64,000 nucleotides of DNA from assembly GCA_035403465.1 (NCBI GenBank), contig DAONFG010000002.1:123835-187834 (forward strand), in the 5' to 3' direction. A model generated the notes under the pieces. The model saw only the letters and a program-made list of their open reading frames with translations, had not been told where the DNA came from and searched no databases. The position numbers and the translations under genes were made by a program. Shown in pieces: positions 18,165 to 28,393 of this stretch (the stretch's first letter is position 1; each line of letters opens with the position of its first letter). Source of the stretch: Spirochaetota bacterium (GTDB lineage Bacteria; Spirochaetota; UBA4802; UBA5550).

Positions 18165-19715
18165 TTATTCACGGTATTCATCGATTTCCCTGTTAAAATC
18201 GTATACCATGCGGGCAAGCCCTTTTGAGGAGTCGGACATCTCTTCAATTTTAAGTGTATTGTGCTGTGCAAGCTCGTTTATGCCTGCAATAGTTTTAGAG
18301 ATCTCCTCGATTGCACTTCTCTGCTCCCTCATGGCATTTACGATCTCTTCGGATTTAACACGCACCTGTTCAGTGTTAATGTTTACATTTTCATTCGACG
18401 TAAGCTGCTTTGTCATGTGTGCTGAAATTGTGGTTACTTTGACGCCGATGGTTTCAACATCCTCTATAATAGAGGCAATTGTCTCAACAATTCCCGTGAC
18501 ATTCCGGAACCCGTTTTCTATCTCGTTTTCATTGGCATGGATCAGGCGGTCGATCTCCTTGATGCTTGATGCAGTCTGGTCAGCAAGCTTTGATATCTCG
18601 TCAGCAACAACTGCAAATCCCCTGCCGGCGTTACCGGCCCGCGCAGCCTCGATCGCCGCGTTCAGCGAAAGCAGGTTGATCCGGTCCGAGATGTCGTTTA
18701 TTATCTGAATGACCCCGGTCATTTCTTTTGAACTGCTGCTGATTTTTGCCATGCTGTCGTTCATAACACGCAGAGAATCTTCTCCCGACTTTGCGCTGGC
18801 GGAAACATTAACAAGGGCGGTGTTGGCGCCTTTTACGACATCGTTCATGCTTCTTATGACCTCAGAGAGGTCGGTGATTGTTGCCTTCAGGATGTTCATG
18901 CTCTCGTTCTGGACCTCGACGATCCTGACAACGTTTTCAGCGCCAGCGGTTATCTCTTCAATAGATGCCGAAACCTCTTCTGTTGACGCTGCCTGGTTGT
19001 GGGTGTTGTCGGAAAACGTTACAAGGGTGGACGACATATCGTGCGAGGTCAGGACAAGTTTTTCGGAATTGGCTTTCAATACATTCTTGATAAAATCGGT
19101 TTGTTTCAGGTTCTTCTGCGCCTCGCTGTCTGACAGGGCGACACTCTTGTTAAATATTTTTATGGTAAGAAACGAAATTGCATACACAAAAACAAGTGAA
19201 AAGAGAGAGTCATTGAACGCAAGGAATGTTCCCTCTTTGAAAGGTGTGTCAACATGATTATGCGCGATCAGGTAAATCGAAACATCAGCGATTATAAACA
19301 GAGCGAAATTCAGCGTGAGCACCCTGACCGTGCAGAATATTGTACAGAACGCAATGACGCTGTACATGAAAAATATATATGTATGGTACGTGAGATAGGG
19401 CCTTGCAGTGGCTTCGGAGACAAGACCGTTAATGAGCGTAAGAGAAAAACCTGTCACAAGAATATTTGCCGCTACAGGAAATTTCCCCTTGCGGAGATAA
19501 AACAGGCTTATGATGATACCAACAAGAAGTATCGGCGTAACAACGATGGTCCGCAGGAACGCCTGGAAATCTGCGATGACAAGAAGAACATGAAGTACAA
19601 CAAGGAGGATAAGTATTATTGACTCCAGTAAAAAAAGGAAACGCACCCGTGCCCGCGTCAGGTAGTCAGCCTTATCGAACCCGCCCAGAAACAGGTTTGA
19701 AATCCGTTTTATCAT
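18165..19715 (-). CDS. methyl-accepting chemotaxis protein
   Basis: Two TM segments flank a periplasmic domain. The highly conserved MCP signalling motif [33 protein letters not shown] is present. Confidence 0.9.
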   Translation of the reverse strand: MIKRISNLFLGGFDKADYLTRARVRFLFLLESIILILLVVLHVLLVIADFQAFLRTIVVTPILLVGIIISLFYLRKGKFPVAANILVTGFSLTLINGLVSEATARPYLTYHTYIFFMYSVIAFCTIFCTVRVLTLNFALFIIADVSIYLIAHNHVDTPFKEGTFLAFNDSLFSLVFVYAISFLTIKIFNKSVALSDSEAQKNLKQTDFIKNVLKANSEKLVLTSHDMSSTLVTFSDNTHNQAASTEEVSASIEEITAGAENVVRIVEVQNESMNILKATITDLSEVIRSMNDVVKGANTALVNVSASAKSGEDSLRVMNDSMAKISSSSKEMTGVIQIINDISDRINLLSLNAAIEAARAGNAGRGFAVVADEISKLADQTASSIKEIDRLIHANENEIENGFRNVTGIVETIASIIEDVETIGVKVTTISAHMTKQLTSNENVNINTEQVRVKSEEIVNAMREQRSAIEEISKTIAGINELAQHNTLKIEEMSDSSKGLARMVYDFNREIDEYRE

Positions 19716-20171
19716 ATTGTTATCCTGTCAGTTAATTTTGGAGAGATATACCTTTCACAGGCGTATATTGAATCCCGGCTTCCTGTTCCGAGTCATTATC
19801 TATTCCGGAATTAACCACCGGCTGAAGAAAAAGTAAAGCAAAAAAGAGTCCCGGCCTGATTTATGCAGAATTATTTGGCGGCCGGAACCGGCATTTCAAA
19901 ACCTTCAGAGGCAGGCAGGTGTCCCTGCTTAACCTCCCCGCTATTGCACCTGAACTTTAACAAACCAGAATTCAGTACTGCCTGTTGAGAAACTTCACGA
20001 AAGATATTTTCCCCGGATCAGCCGAGAGGTCAATCCTTGCGCTGTCATCAACGCCCCAGTTGAAAGACCTGTATGGCCGGCCCGTCAATGGGTCGCCTTG
20101 TTCTTCAAGTTTCTCCTTGTTGATGATTGTGAGTCCGAAGCTTCCCAGCATCTCATGCTTTTATAAAGCGT

Positions 20172-20600
20172 CTATTCCTCCAGGTTCTGCTCTGTTGATG
20201 CTATTACAAATTTCCCGTGCTTTACATTTTTAGTTGAAAGGATCATCTCGGCCAGGGACTTGATTACGCCAGCCTTGCCGCGCAGTATAATGACCTCGAG
20301 GCAGTTGTGCTCATCAAGGTGGATATGTGTTGTTGAAACGATGTTCCGGTAGTAGTCATGCTGCAGGTGGTTCAGCCTGTCAGTGATGTCGCCGTGGTGG
20401 TGGTTGTATATCATGGTGAGTGTGCCGAATGCTTCTGCATCGGGATCCTCAACCTGCTGTGCCACAAGTGTATCCCGGATAAGGTCGCGGATCGCTTCGG
20501 ACCTGTTAACGTAGCCCTTTTCAGTTATAAGTTCGTCAAACCTGCCAAGCAGCTTCTCTTCGATTGAAACTCCGAACCTGATGATATTCCTGTCAAGCAT
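20172..20600 (-). CDS. nikR: nickel-responsive regulator NikR
   Basis: Ribbon-helix-helix N-terminus (RFGVSIEEKLLGRFDELITEKGYVNRSEAIRDLIRD) and a C-terminal metal-binding region with HHH…H…C motifs. The start was placed at the Met of MLDRNII, which has GGAG 8 nt upstream. The ORF-track start at 20636 would run into the MITE. Confidence 0.8.
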   Translation of the reverse strand: MLDRNIIRFGVSIEEKLLGRFDELITEKGYVNRSEAIRDLIRDTLVAQQVEDPDAEAFGTLTMIYNHHHGDITDRLNHLQHDYYRNIVSTTHIHLDEHNCLEVIILRGKAGVIKSLAEMILSTKNVKHGKFVIASTEQNLEE

Positions 20601-20640
20601 GCATACAACTCCGCTGGTTTTATAAAAATATTGCATTTAA

Positions 20641-20812
20641 CGTCACTGCGAGGCATAAAAGCAAGCATTATAGAAACATCATGTTTCGTGCTTGCAGGCT
20701 GCCATCGTGGCAGCACTGCCGTGGCAGTCTGTTCCTGGAAAAATCAATTCTATTATATTATATTAAACACATTCCTGTCTGAACAGATTACTTCACTTCG
20801 TTCGCAATGACA
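20641..20812. mobile_element. MITE-like element, copy C (same family as copy B, with a ~55-bp internal insertion/hairpin)
   Basis: The terminal blocks cgtcactgcgagg…ccgtggcagtctgtt…ctgaacagattacttcacttcgttcgcaatgaca align with copy B. The extra segment gcaagcattatagaaacatcatgtttcgtgcttgc forms a hairpin. It lies in the nikR upstream region. Confidence 0.55.
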
Positions 20813-21046
20813 GGAGTGATCTAAATCTTAACCTCTTTAATAAACTTTTTTAAGGATTATTTGTGAATCATCACAAATCAAAAATAAAACAACAATTCCT
20901 GCTTGTCAAGGTTATATAGTATTTGACTAATAGCGGTCCGATAATCCATTTTATCATGATTTACCCTTTAAATTCCATCCTTCCCTTATATGTTCCGGCT
21001 TGACCCGGATTAAGTAACGGGAACGGTATTAAACCCGGCATTAAAA

Positions 21047-21853
21047 ATGAAATTCCCCTGTAAGGGAATTACCGTTTTTGCGGATGATAGAGACAGGAAC
21101 CGGAGAAACAGAAACTTGGCACAGAACAATCCGTATGAATCAATTGCTGAAGCCTATGACTACATGCTGCGCCACGTGGATTACGAAAGGTGGTACCAGT
21201 ACATAAGCGGAATAATGATATATTTTGTGAACAATCCCAGGAGCGTTCTTGAACTTGGCTGCGGCACCGGAAGGTTCGGAGCAAAGTTCTCGGCCGACGA
21301 CTTTACCATTTACGGCATAGACAGGTCCATGCAGATGCTGCAGGTAGCGAAAACAAGGGCGTTCAGAAATTTCAGGATAATATGCGCGGACATACGGCAG
21401 TTCGCAATCAGCCGCAAAGTGGACTTCATCTTCAGCGTTCATGATACTATGAATTACCTGCTCGAACCTGGAGATATACGAAAAACGTTTTCATGCGTCA
21501 GGGAGTGTATGCATGAAGAGAGCGTATTCATGTTTGACATCACCACCGAGCACAACATCGACAGGTTCTTCGACAACAAGACATCCTTTTACAAAACAGG
21601 GGGCAAACACATCTCCTGGAGCAACCGCTACGACAGGGAGAAGAAACTTGTTATTTCCAGCTTTGTCGTAGATCTGAAGAGCGGAGAAAAATATACCGAA
21701 GAGCATGTACAGAGAATCTACACACTGGCCGAAATTAAAAAGATACTTGAGGATGAGGGATTCGACATAATCGCTATCGGCAGCGATTACACAATGGACT
21801 ACCCCTCGCCAGAAACTGTAATGATAAATTTCATCACAAAGAGGAGCGACTGA
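21047..21853 (+). CDS. class I SAM-dependent methyltransferase
   Basis: Motif I VLELGCGTGRFGAKF and motif II-like DFIFSVHDTMNYL. Confidence 0.8.
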   Translation: MKFPCKGITVFADDRDRNRRNRNLAQNNPYESIAEAYDYMLRHVDYERWYQYISGIMIYFVNNPRSVLELGCGTGRFGAKFSADDFTIYGIDRSMQMLQVAKTRAFRNFRIICADIRQFAISRKVDFIFSVHDTMNYLLEPGDIRKTFSCVRECMHEESVFMFDITTEHNIDRFFDNKTSFYKTGGKHISWSNRYDREKKLVISSFVVDLKSGEKYTEEHVQRIYTLAEIKKILEDEGFDIIAIGSDYTMDYPSPETVMINFITKRSD

Positions 21854-22182
21854 TGGAAATATTCTTTTACTTTGCCGGACTCCTGCTGGGCATATGCGTT
21901 TTCCTGTATATACTCTCGCTGCTGCATACCGCAAAGGATAAAATTTCGGGGATTACAAGCACGCAGCCCGGACCTGCAGAGAATATCGAACCCGGAACAA
22001 TCTCTTTCCGTAAACGGCCGGCGCTCCCGCCAGGGACACGCATCTGCCCAATGTGCGGGTCGCCCCTTACAAAATACGAGGGACTCTACGCATCAAAAAT
22101 CGACATGACAAACAGCAGCAAGCTCATGATCCTGGGATGCAAATACTGCTACAGGGAAACAGAAGATTCCGTAAATTCATGA
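21853..22182 (+). CDS. small membrane-anchored zinc-ribbon protein (hypothetical)
   Basis: N-terminal TM helix (FFYFAGLLLGICVFLYILSLL) and a CxxC…CxxC motif (CPMCG…CKYCY). Its start overlaps the methyltransferase stop as ATGA, consistent with translational coupling. Confidence 0.5.
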   Translation: MEIFFYFAGLLLGICVFLYILSLLHTAKDKISGITSTQPGPAENIEPGTISFRKRPALPPGTRICPMCGSPLTKYEGLYASKIDMTNSSKLMILGCKYCYRETEDSVNS

Positions 22183-22308
22183 CGGAATGCTAACAGGCAG
22201 GTCGGATCTGAAGTTTTATATAGTCAACTGTTAAGATTTTCTCCTGTCATTTCTATATGTTCTGCAAATCCTGATTTATCCATTTTAACAATCCCCCCTG
22301 TCTGGCAC

Positions 22309-22334
22309 GAACAAGGGGCTTCAGCCCCTTGTTC
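22309..22334. terminator. intergenic hairpin between two convergent genes (terminator-like)
   Basis: gaacaagggg cttcag ccccttgttc: a perfect 10-bp stem. The T-runs on either side are weak. Confidence 0.4.
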
Positions 22335-22342
22335 TATAAGTA

Positions 22343-23131
22343 CTACTGCGCAGACATACCGCCGTCAATTGGAATAACAGCACCTGTCATAAAATCTGAA
22401 GCAGCAGATGAAAGGAATACTACAAGTCCCTTGATATCCTCTGCCTCGCCCGCCTTGTGCAGGGGAATAACGTTAAGCATTGCATTCAGCATGTTCTCCA
22501 TGCCGGGCTTAAAAACGTACCCCATCATGTCCGTGTGGAAGAAACCGGGAGCGACACAGTTTACGTGAATTTTATGGCCCGCAAGCTTGATAGCCAGATT
22601 TTTTGTCAGCACCTCAATTGCCGCTTTGGATGAGTTATATGCCACTGCGGGGTGGGCGAGCTCATTCGAACCCCTTGATCCGAATATAGACGACACATTA
22701 ATAATCTTTCCGCCGCCCTGGGCCTTCATGATGTTTGCTACCTTCTGGGTAAGTATCCAGACGCCGCGCACATTTACATTGAAAATTTTATCCCACGCGT
22801 CCAGCGGGAATTCAAGAGTGGGAGCACCCCACGTTACCCCTGAATTGTTCACCAGTATATCAATCCTGCCGAATTCCTTCATGGCGGCGTCAACAAGATT
22901 ATCAATATCCTCTTTTTTGCCAAGGTCACATTTAACAGCAAGGTACCTGATGCCGTTTGCTGCTGCGAGTTTTTTGCCGGTCTCTTCACAGTTCTCGACC
23001 TTTCGCGATGCAATCACAAGATTTGCTCCTGCCTCTGCAAGGCCCTCTGCCATAAACTCCCCTATCCCGCGGCCGCCGCCGGTAACCAGGGCAACTTTAC
23101 CTTTCAGGTTGAACATATCCATAACTTTCAT
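22343..23131 (-). CDS. SDR-family oxidoreductase (gluconate 5-dehydrogenase/3-oxoacyl-ACP reductase-like)
   Basis: Rossmann motif KVALVTGGGRGIG, catalytic YNSSK, and SD AAGGAG 8 nt upstream. Confidence 0.85.
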   Translation of the reverse strand: MKVMDMFNLKGKVALVTGGGRGIGEFMAEGLAEAGANLVIASRKVENCEETGKKLAAANGIRYLAVKCDLGKKEDIDNLVDAAMKEFGRIDILVNNSGVTWGAPTLEFPLDAWDKIFNVNVRGVWILTQKVANIMKAQGGGKIINVSSIFGSRGSNELAHPAVAYNSSKAAIEVLTKNLAIKLAGHKIHVNCVAPGFFHTDMMGYVFKPGMENMLNAMLNVIPLHKAGEAEDIKGLVVFLSSAASDFMTGAVIPIDGGMSAQ

Positions 23132-23395
23132 AGTATAACTCCTTTACTTTATTCTGCGCCGGTGCCGCTTGAAAACTGCATACCTGGCATATCACAACAT
23201 ATTATTCCGTGATACTCATACTGCGGAATAAGCCAGTGCAGTAACATGGCTTAAAGACTCCGGCTTAAACCGGTTTTAAGCATCAATATCTGAACTGTTT
23301 ACGGCAAGTCAACCTGTTTTATGAAAAATCAAAAATGACATTTTATTTACTTGCGTTGGTAAAATACTTCTTATATTGTATTTTACGAGGTTTTT

Positions 23396-23812
23396 ATGAG
23401 AGATAAACAATATAAAAATCCTGTACCAACTGTTGATATTATAATCGAAACAGCGCATGGAGACAGGAAAGGTATTGTTTTAATTAAAAGAAAGAATCCC
23501 CCTTTCGGCTGGGCAATCCCCGGGGGATTTGTAGATTATGGCGAGACCCTTGAACAGGCAGCAGTCCGCGAAGCTCTCGAGGAAACATCTCTGCGTATTA
23601 AATTGCTCCGCCAGTTCCACACCTATTCAGATCCGTCACGTGACCCCAGGCTCCACACGGTAACAACAGTCTTTATTGCTGAAGCGAAGGGAAATCCCGT
23701 AGGAATGGATGATGCCTCGGAGGCGGCAATCTTCAGCCGCAATGATATACCGGACCAGATAGCATTTGATCATGCAGCAATACTAGACGATTATTTTTCA
23801 GGCAGATACTGA
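23396..23812 (+). CDS. NUDIX hydrolase
   Basis: Nudix box [24 protein letters not shown]. Confidence 0.85.
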   Translation: MRDKQYKNPVPTVDIIIETAHGDRKGIVLIKRKNPPFGWAIPGGFVDYGETLEQAAVREALEETSLRIKLLRQFHTYSDPSRDPRLHTVTTVFIAEAKGNPVGMDDASEAAIFSRNDIPDQIAFDHAAILDDYFSGRY

Positions 23813-23827
23813 TAACGGAGGAAACAT

Positions 23828-26002
23828 ATGGCTCTTTCCAGGTTTATGCTCGGAGCCGCAAAAATCACACTTGATGCCGTGTTCAAGGCATCCGCTGCAG
23901 ACATTCGCGTCCATAACGTTGAAAGGATACCTGCTGCAAGCGTCATATATGTCGTAAACCACTTTACGCGCATGGAGACAGCGTTTCTGCCTTATATAAT
24001 ATTCAAGCATACGGGCAAACACGCCCTTTCCCTTGCACACCATTCATTCTTCAAAGGCAAGCTGGAAAAATTTCTGCATAAAATGGGTGCAGTCTCGACA
24101 AAGGACCCTGACCGCGACCTTGTACTTACCAATGCAATGCTCACAGGCAACATGTCCCTGATTATATTTCCCGAAGGTCAGATGATCAAGGATAAAAAAC
24201 TTATAGAAAAGGGTAAGTACCTTGTCTACAACGCCGGGATCCGCAGACCCCCCCATACCGGTGCCGCAATCATTGCACTGAAATCCGAAATCATACGCCA
24301 GCTTATGAAGAAGCTATACAACGAAAGGCGCATGGCTGAGCTTGAAATATTTAAAGAGGCCTACAAAATAGAAAAAAATGATCTGGATGGTGTTATCGCA
24401 GGCTCAACATACATAGTACCTGTAAACATTACATACTATCCCATACGGGCAAGAAACAACACGATCAAGAGACTGGTCGAGAAATTTGCCGGCCAGGTTT
24501 CGGGCAGGACCGCGGAAGAGCTCGAGGTTGAGGGAACAATGCTGACCAGGGGTGTTGACATCGACATAAACTTCGGCAAGGCCATAAGGGCTCAGGACTA
24601 CCTGAAGAAAACAACCATGGTCAGAGATATAATCAAATGCGGCAGGCAGACCTGTTTTGATGAATTCACATCTGAAAAGACCGTGAAGAAGCTGAGTGTT
24701 AAAATAATGCAGGAGTACATGCAGTCCATTTACAGCATGACAACCGTAAACCACGACCACATCTTTGCATATATCCTGCTGATCCATCCTACAAGTTCGA
24801 TCCCTGACTATGACTTCAAGAACAGGGCTTCGCTCGCGATCGAAAAAATCAAGGAGCTGAAACTCACATCCTTTCACTCCACACTGCTCAAGCGCAATGA
24901 AAATATCGGTGCCGATATTTTCCATGAAAAATATGACAGTTTCATTGAGGAAGCGCTGAAGTGCGGACTGGTCAAACTAAAGGGGACCAATATTGTCCGG
25001 GTAAACAGCAAGTTTACACCCACGTACAATTTCCACAACATAAGGCAGGATAACTTTATCGAGGTCCTGAAAAACGAGATTGAACCTCTTAAAGAACTAA
25101 CCGGGATGCTCAGGCGCATCATGATCATGCCGCCGTGGATGGTCAAGCGGATGGTGCATGATACTTTTTCCAAACTCGACTTGAAAATATTCAGGACTGA
25201 TTACAAAAAGTATTACCGCGAAGGCGAGACAAGGACTGAACGCAACGGCGCCCCGTTCTTCTTCCATAACGTATTCAACAAGTACGGCGTTATACTCGTA
25301 CATGGCTACATGGCTGCACCCGGCGAGGTCCGGCTTCTTGCTGAGAGGCTCTACGCAGCGGGCTATTCCGTCTACGGGGTCAGGCTGCGCGGTCATGGTA
25401 CAACGCCGGAAGACCTTGCCCATATGCAGTGGCAGGACTGGTACGAATCGGTAAACAGGGGATATGTCGTAATGAAAAACGCGGTAAATAAATTCGTTAT
25501 AGCCGGGTTTTCCACTGGTGCCGGACTTGCGCTCCTGCAGGCGGCAAAAAAGAATGAAAAATTCAGCGGCCTTATTTCAATCAATGCTCCCCTGAAACTT
25601 CAGAACATTAAGGCACGCCTTTCAGGCCCGGTAAGTTTTTTCAACACCATAGTTAAAAAATTTAATATGGGCAACGGGAAGCTGGACTTTGTTCCCAATC
25701 ACCCGGACAATCCGGAAATTAATTACAGGCGCAATCCTGTACACGGTGTTGCAGAACTGGGCAAGCTGATGAAGGTTGTCGAGGAGTCCCTCCATAAAAT
25801 AAGGATCCCGGCGCTTGTAATCCAGGCTGCAAATGATCCGGTGGTTAATCCCGAGAGCGCCGATGCCATATTTGAAAAAATTAACTCAACGAGGAAAGAG
25901 CTGGTAAAGATTAACGCTGATCGCCACGGGATTTTAAGCGGCGATGAACTTGACGAGGTCGTGGAAAACATAATCCCGTTCCTTAAAAAGGTATTCAGAT
26001 GA
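23828..26002 (+). CDS. bifunctional-looking lysophospholipid-acyltransferase-like domain fused to an alpha/beta-hydrolase (lysophospholipase-like) domain
   Basis: N-terminal PlsC-like acyltransferase motifs NHFTRME (HX4E variant) and IIFPEGQ. The C-terminal alpha/beta hydrolase has the nucleophile elbow GFSTGAG and a C-terminal His (ADRHGIL). Confidence 0.7.
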   Translation: MALSRFMLGAAKITLDAVFKASAADIRVHNVERIPAASVIYVVNHFTRMETAFLPYIIFKHTGKHALSLAHHSFFKGKLEKFLHKMGAVSTKDPDRDLVLTNAMLTGNMSLIIFPEGQMIKDKKLIEKGKYLVYNAGIRRPPHTGAAIIALKSEIIRQLMKKLYNERRMAELEIFKEAYKIEKNDLDGVIAGSTYIVPVNITYYPIRARNNTIKRLVEKFAGQVSGRTAEELEVEGTMLTRGVDIDINFGKAIRAQDYLKKTTMVRDIIKCGRQTCFDEFTSEKTVKKLSVKIMQEYMQSIYSMTTVNHDHIFAYILLIHPTSSIPDYDFKNRASLAIEKIKELKLTSFHSTLLKRNENIGADIFHEKYDSFIEEALKCGLVKLKGTNIVRVNSKFTPTYNFHNIRQDNFIEVLKNEIEPLKELTGMLRRIMIMPPWMVKRMVHDTFSKLDLKIFRTDYKKYYREGETRTERNGAPFFFHNVFNKYGVILVHGYMAAPGEVRLLAERLYAAGYSVYGVRLRGHGTTPEDLAHMQWQDWYESVNRGYVVMKNAVNKFVIAGFSTGAGLALLQAAKKNEKFSGLISINAPLKLQNIKARLSGPVSFFNTIVKKFNMGNGKLDFVPNHPDNPEINYRRNPVHGVAELGKLMKVVEESLHKIRIPALVIQAANDPVVNPESADAIFEKINSTRKELVKINADRHGILSGDELDEVVENIIPFLKKVFR

Positions 26003-27060
26003 CTGAAATCGCACAGCGTCGTGGCGGCAGGGACACGGCATGCAGCGTCCCTGCCGCCACGACGCTGTTAATGGCCCCCATGGCCGAAATAACCACTCCT
26101 GCATTCAGAAAATGCGTCAGAAAATTCAGTTCTGACGTCATACTCCACACCGAAATGCTCAGCGCTGCGGCGCTTGCGACAAACGCCCTGTACAATGAAC
26201 CGCTGCTGCTGAAAACAGAATATGATGAACCCCTGGTTTACCAGCTCCTGGGCAGCGATCCCGGGCAAATGGCGCAGTCATGTACCATACTTGCGGATTC
26301 AGGTGCGAATGCCGTTGATATTAACATGGGATGTTCCGCTCCCGACATTCTTAAAAAATGCCAGGGATCCAAACTGCTCGCCGACATGGGACTGGCCCGT
26401 GAAATTGTGAAGTCATGCCGCGCCTCATTCAGCGGTTCGCTTTCAGTGAAGATGCGTAGCGGATCTGATTCGTCAGACCCGGTCTACCTTGAAAAATTCG
26501 CGCTGATGCTGCAGGATGAGGGTGTTGATTATATCACGCTCCACCCGCGCCACGGAAAACTGGGATTCAAACGTACTGCGGACTGGCAGCTTGTCACACT
26601 CCTGAAGAATAAGCTGCGTATACCGGTGTACGGCAACGGGGACATTGGCAGCGCAGAAGACACAGCGCTCAGGTTTGCGCAGACAGGATGCGACGGGATC
26701 ATGATCGGAAGAAAAACAGTTCAGGAGCCGTGGTTATTCAGGTGCTGCCGCGACCTGCTTGACACAGGGAGCTACAAAGTACAGGTGAACATGAGTGAAA
26801 TATTTCTGGAGGTCCTGGCTGATATTGAGAAGTTCCTGCCGCCCGAACTTCACAAGAGCAGGATGCATAGGTTCAGTTTCTATTTTACTAAGAATTTTTA
26901 TTTTTCACACGAACTGTTCCGGAAGATAAGAAATGTTGACAAACCGATGCAGGCAGCGGATATTATGAAAGACTATGCAGAGAGAAATCCGCATGAAAAT
27001 ATAAGGATCTTTAAAGGGGGATCGGCTGATGGAATACATGAGGGTCTGGACCGAACTTAA
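25999..27060 (+). CDS. tRNA-dihydrouridine synthase (Dus) family protein
   Basis: APMAEITTPAFRK N-terminal motif and a catalytic Cys in DINMGCSAP. Its start overlaps the upstream stop as ATGA. Confidence 0.75.
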   Translation: MTEIAQRRGGRDTACSVPAATTLLMAPMAEITTPAFRKCVRKFSSDVILHTEMLSAAALATNALYNEPLLLKTEYDEPLVYQLLGSDPGQMAQSCTILADSGANAVDINMGCSAPDILKKCQGSKLLADMGLAREIVKSCRASFSGSLSVKMRSGSDSSDPVYLEKFALMLQDEGVDYITLHPRHGKLGFKRTADWQLVTLLKNKLRIPVYGNGDIGSAEDTALRFAQTGCDGIMIGRKTVQEPWLFRCCRDLLDTGSYKVQVNMSEIFLEVLADIEKFLPPELHKSRMHRFSFYFTKNFYFSHELFRKIRNVDKPMQAADIMKDYAERNPHENIRIFKGGSADGIHEGLDRT

Positions 27061-27334
27061 CATTGAGGATGTTCAGCAGCATATAATCATGGTCGAGGAC
27101 AAGTACGGGCATTGCCCCGGATGCAAAAAGATAGGAATTGAGCTGAAGGAGCTCTCAAAGTGCCCGGGCTGCGGCAGGGAATTCAAATACGTTACATCCA
27201 AGGACGCGCGCGCCGGAAAACACGAGATAGTAATGCGAACAAGAAAAAAACTGCCGGGCCTTGTATTTGTTGATTATGACGATTACGAACGCGTCACCGG
27301 GAAGAAAAAGGCCGAGAGCCTGTTCAATATTTAA
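27029..27334 (+). CDS. hypothetical zinc-ribbon protein
   Basis: 101 aa with CPGCKK…CPGCGRE, suggesting a four-Cys zinc ribbon. It overlaps the Dus 3' end by 32 nt. Confidence 0.45.
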   Translation: MEYMRVWTELNIEDVQQHIIMVEDKYGHCPGCKKIGIELKELSKCPGCGREFKYVTSKDARAGKHEIVMRTRKKLPGLVFVDYDDYERVTGKKKAESLFNI

Positions 27335-27844
27335 TCAGAAGGGCGATCTATTCAGTTTCTCACGCTCATACAGGTATTTCCTGTAATAGAAGAAGGCATT
27401 GTACTCATCTCCCAGCAGTTCATACACTGTCCCGATATTATACAGGGCCTCTACAAACCTGTTGTCCTTTTCAAAGGCTTTACTGAAGGAATGAATCGAA
27501 TCCACATATTTTTCTGTAACAAGCTGGGCTATACCCAGGTAAAAGTATGCCGGCGCATAATTTGTATCAAGCTCAACTGCTTTCTTAAGATGGGTTATAG
27601 CCTTGCCAATTGTCTCCGGCTTGTACATGTAAACCCTGCCGAGACCGTAATGCCCCAGGCAGTAGTATTTGTTGACTGTAATTGTTTTCCTGAACGTCTC
27701 CTCAGCCACATCCAGCCTGCCTGACTTTGCGTATTCCAGGCCTTCATTGTAGTATTCGGTGGAATTTTTTTCTGCAGGAACTGCCCTGCCGCAGAGAAGC
27801 AGCACCAGCAGTAAAGCCGGGACTGTGTACCTGCTACTTTGCAT
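27335..27844 (-). CDS. TPR-repeat protein with signal peptide
   Basis: Start set at MQSSRYTVPALLLVLLLCGRAVPA, which looks like a signal peptide. TPR-like repeats follow (EALYNIGTVYELLGDEYNAFFYYRKYL, AYFYLGIAQLVTEKYVDSIHSFSKAFE). Confidence 0.6.
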   Translation of the reverse strand: MQSSRYTVPALLLVLLLCGRAVPAEKNSTEYYNEGLEYAKSGRLDVAEETFRKTITVNKYYCLGHYGLGRVYMYKPETIGKAITHLKKAVELDTNYAPAYFYLGIAQLVTEKYVDSIHSFSKAFEKDNRFVEALYNIGTVYELLGDEYNAFFYYRKYLYEREKLNRSPF

Positions 27845-28280
27845 GCGGGACCATTTTACGCAGGTTTTCGTAGAAGAACTTATCGATCCCCGAACTGAAA
27901 AAGAAGTAAATGATAAACAGTACCCACAGCACAAGCGTAAGCAGGCAGAGAAACTTAAGCAGCTTTTCAGCACCAATGTCATCCGCCTTGTAAAAAATAC
28001 GGATCAGCGCCACGGGCCATATTATGAAGAGCCCGGTAAAAATAATAGTTAGAATCTCCCTGAGAAAATCAAGGATAGATACATACCATGAAGCCTTGAA
28101 TGTAAAAAATCCCGCTTTCAGTTCAGGAAAAAAGAACCAGACATAAAAAGCAAGGATCAGCGTCGCAACAACCTTCCAGAATATCTCGATCCTTGGCCTG
28201 AACCAGAGGAGGATCATTGAAAGCCCCCAGAACGAGAAGAATAAAAATATTGATTTTATTACAAGTATATCGCTTTTCAT
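27834..28280 (-). CDS. hypothetical integral membrane protein
   Basis: 148 aa with 4-5 predicted TM helices (FLFFSFWGLSMILLWF, LILAFYVWFFFP, IIFTGLFIIWPVALI, LTLVLWVLFIIYFFF). Confidence 0.5.
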   Translation of the reverse strand: MKSDILVIKSIFLFFSFWGLSMILLWFRPRIEIFWKVVATLILAFYVWFFFPELKAGFFTFKASWYVSILDFLREILTIIFTGLFIIWPVALIRIFYKADDIGAEKLLKFLCLLTLVLWVLFIIYFFFSSGIDKFFYENLRKMVPHAK

Positions 28281-28393
28281 ATTTTAACCCGGATGTTTTT
28301 TTGGAGAGCAGGGAAATACCATCATTGCCTTTGCTCCCTGTAATATTATCGAATATTTAAGGTCATAAGGCGAGAAAAATATCATGCAGGCGG

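Noticed and set aside
19985-20233. ORF-track 82-aa plus-strand ORF overlapping the nikR 3' end
   Set aside because: It overlaps nikR on the opposite strand and its Pro/Ser-rich low-complexity product has no homology. It is a likely spurious antisense ORF.
26002-27060. Possibility that the Dus-family gene is inactive because GCP is replaced by GCSAP
   Set aside because: The catalytic Cys and the N-terminal FMN-binding motif are retained. A one-residue insertion is not sufficient evidence to propose a pseudogene or a novel function.
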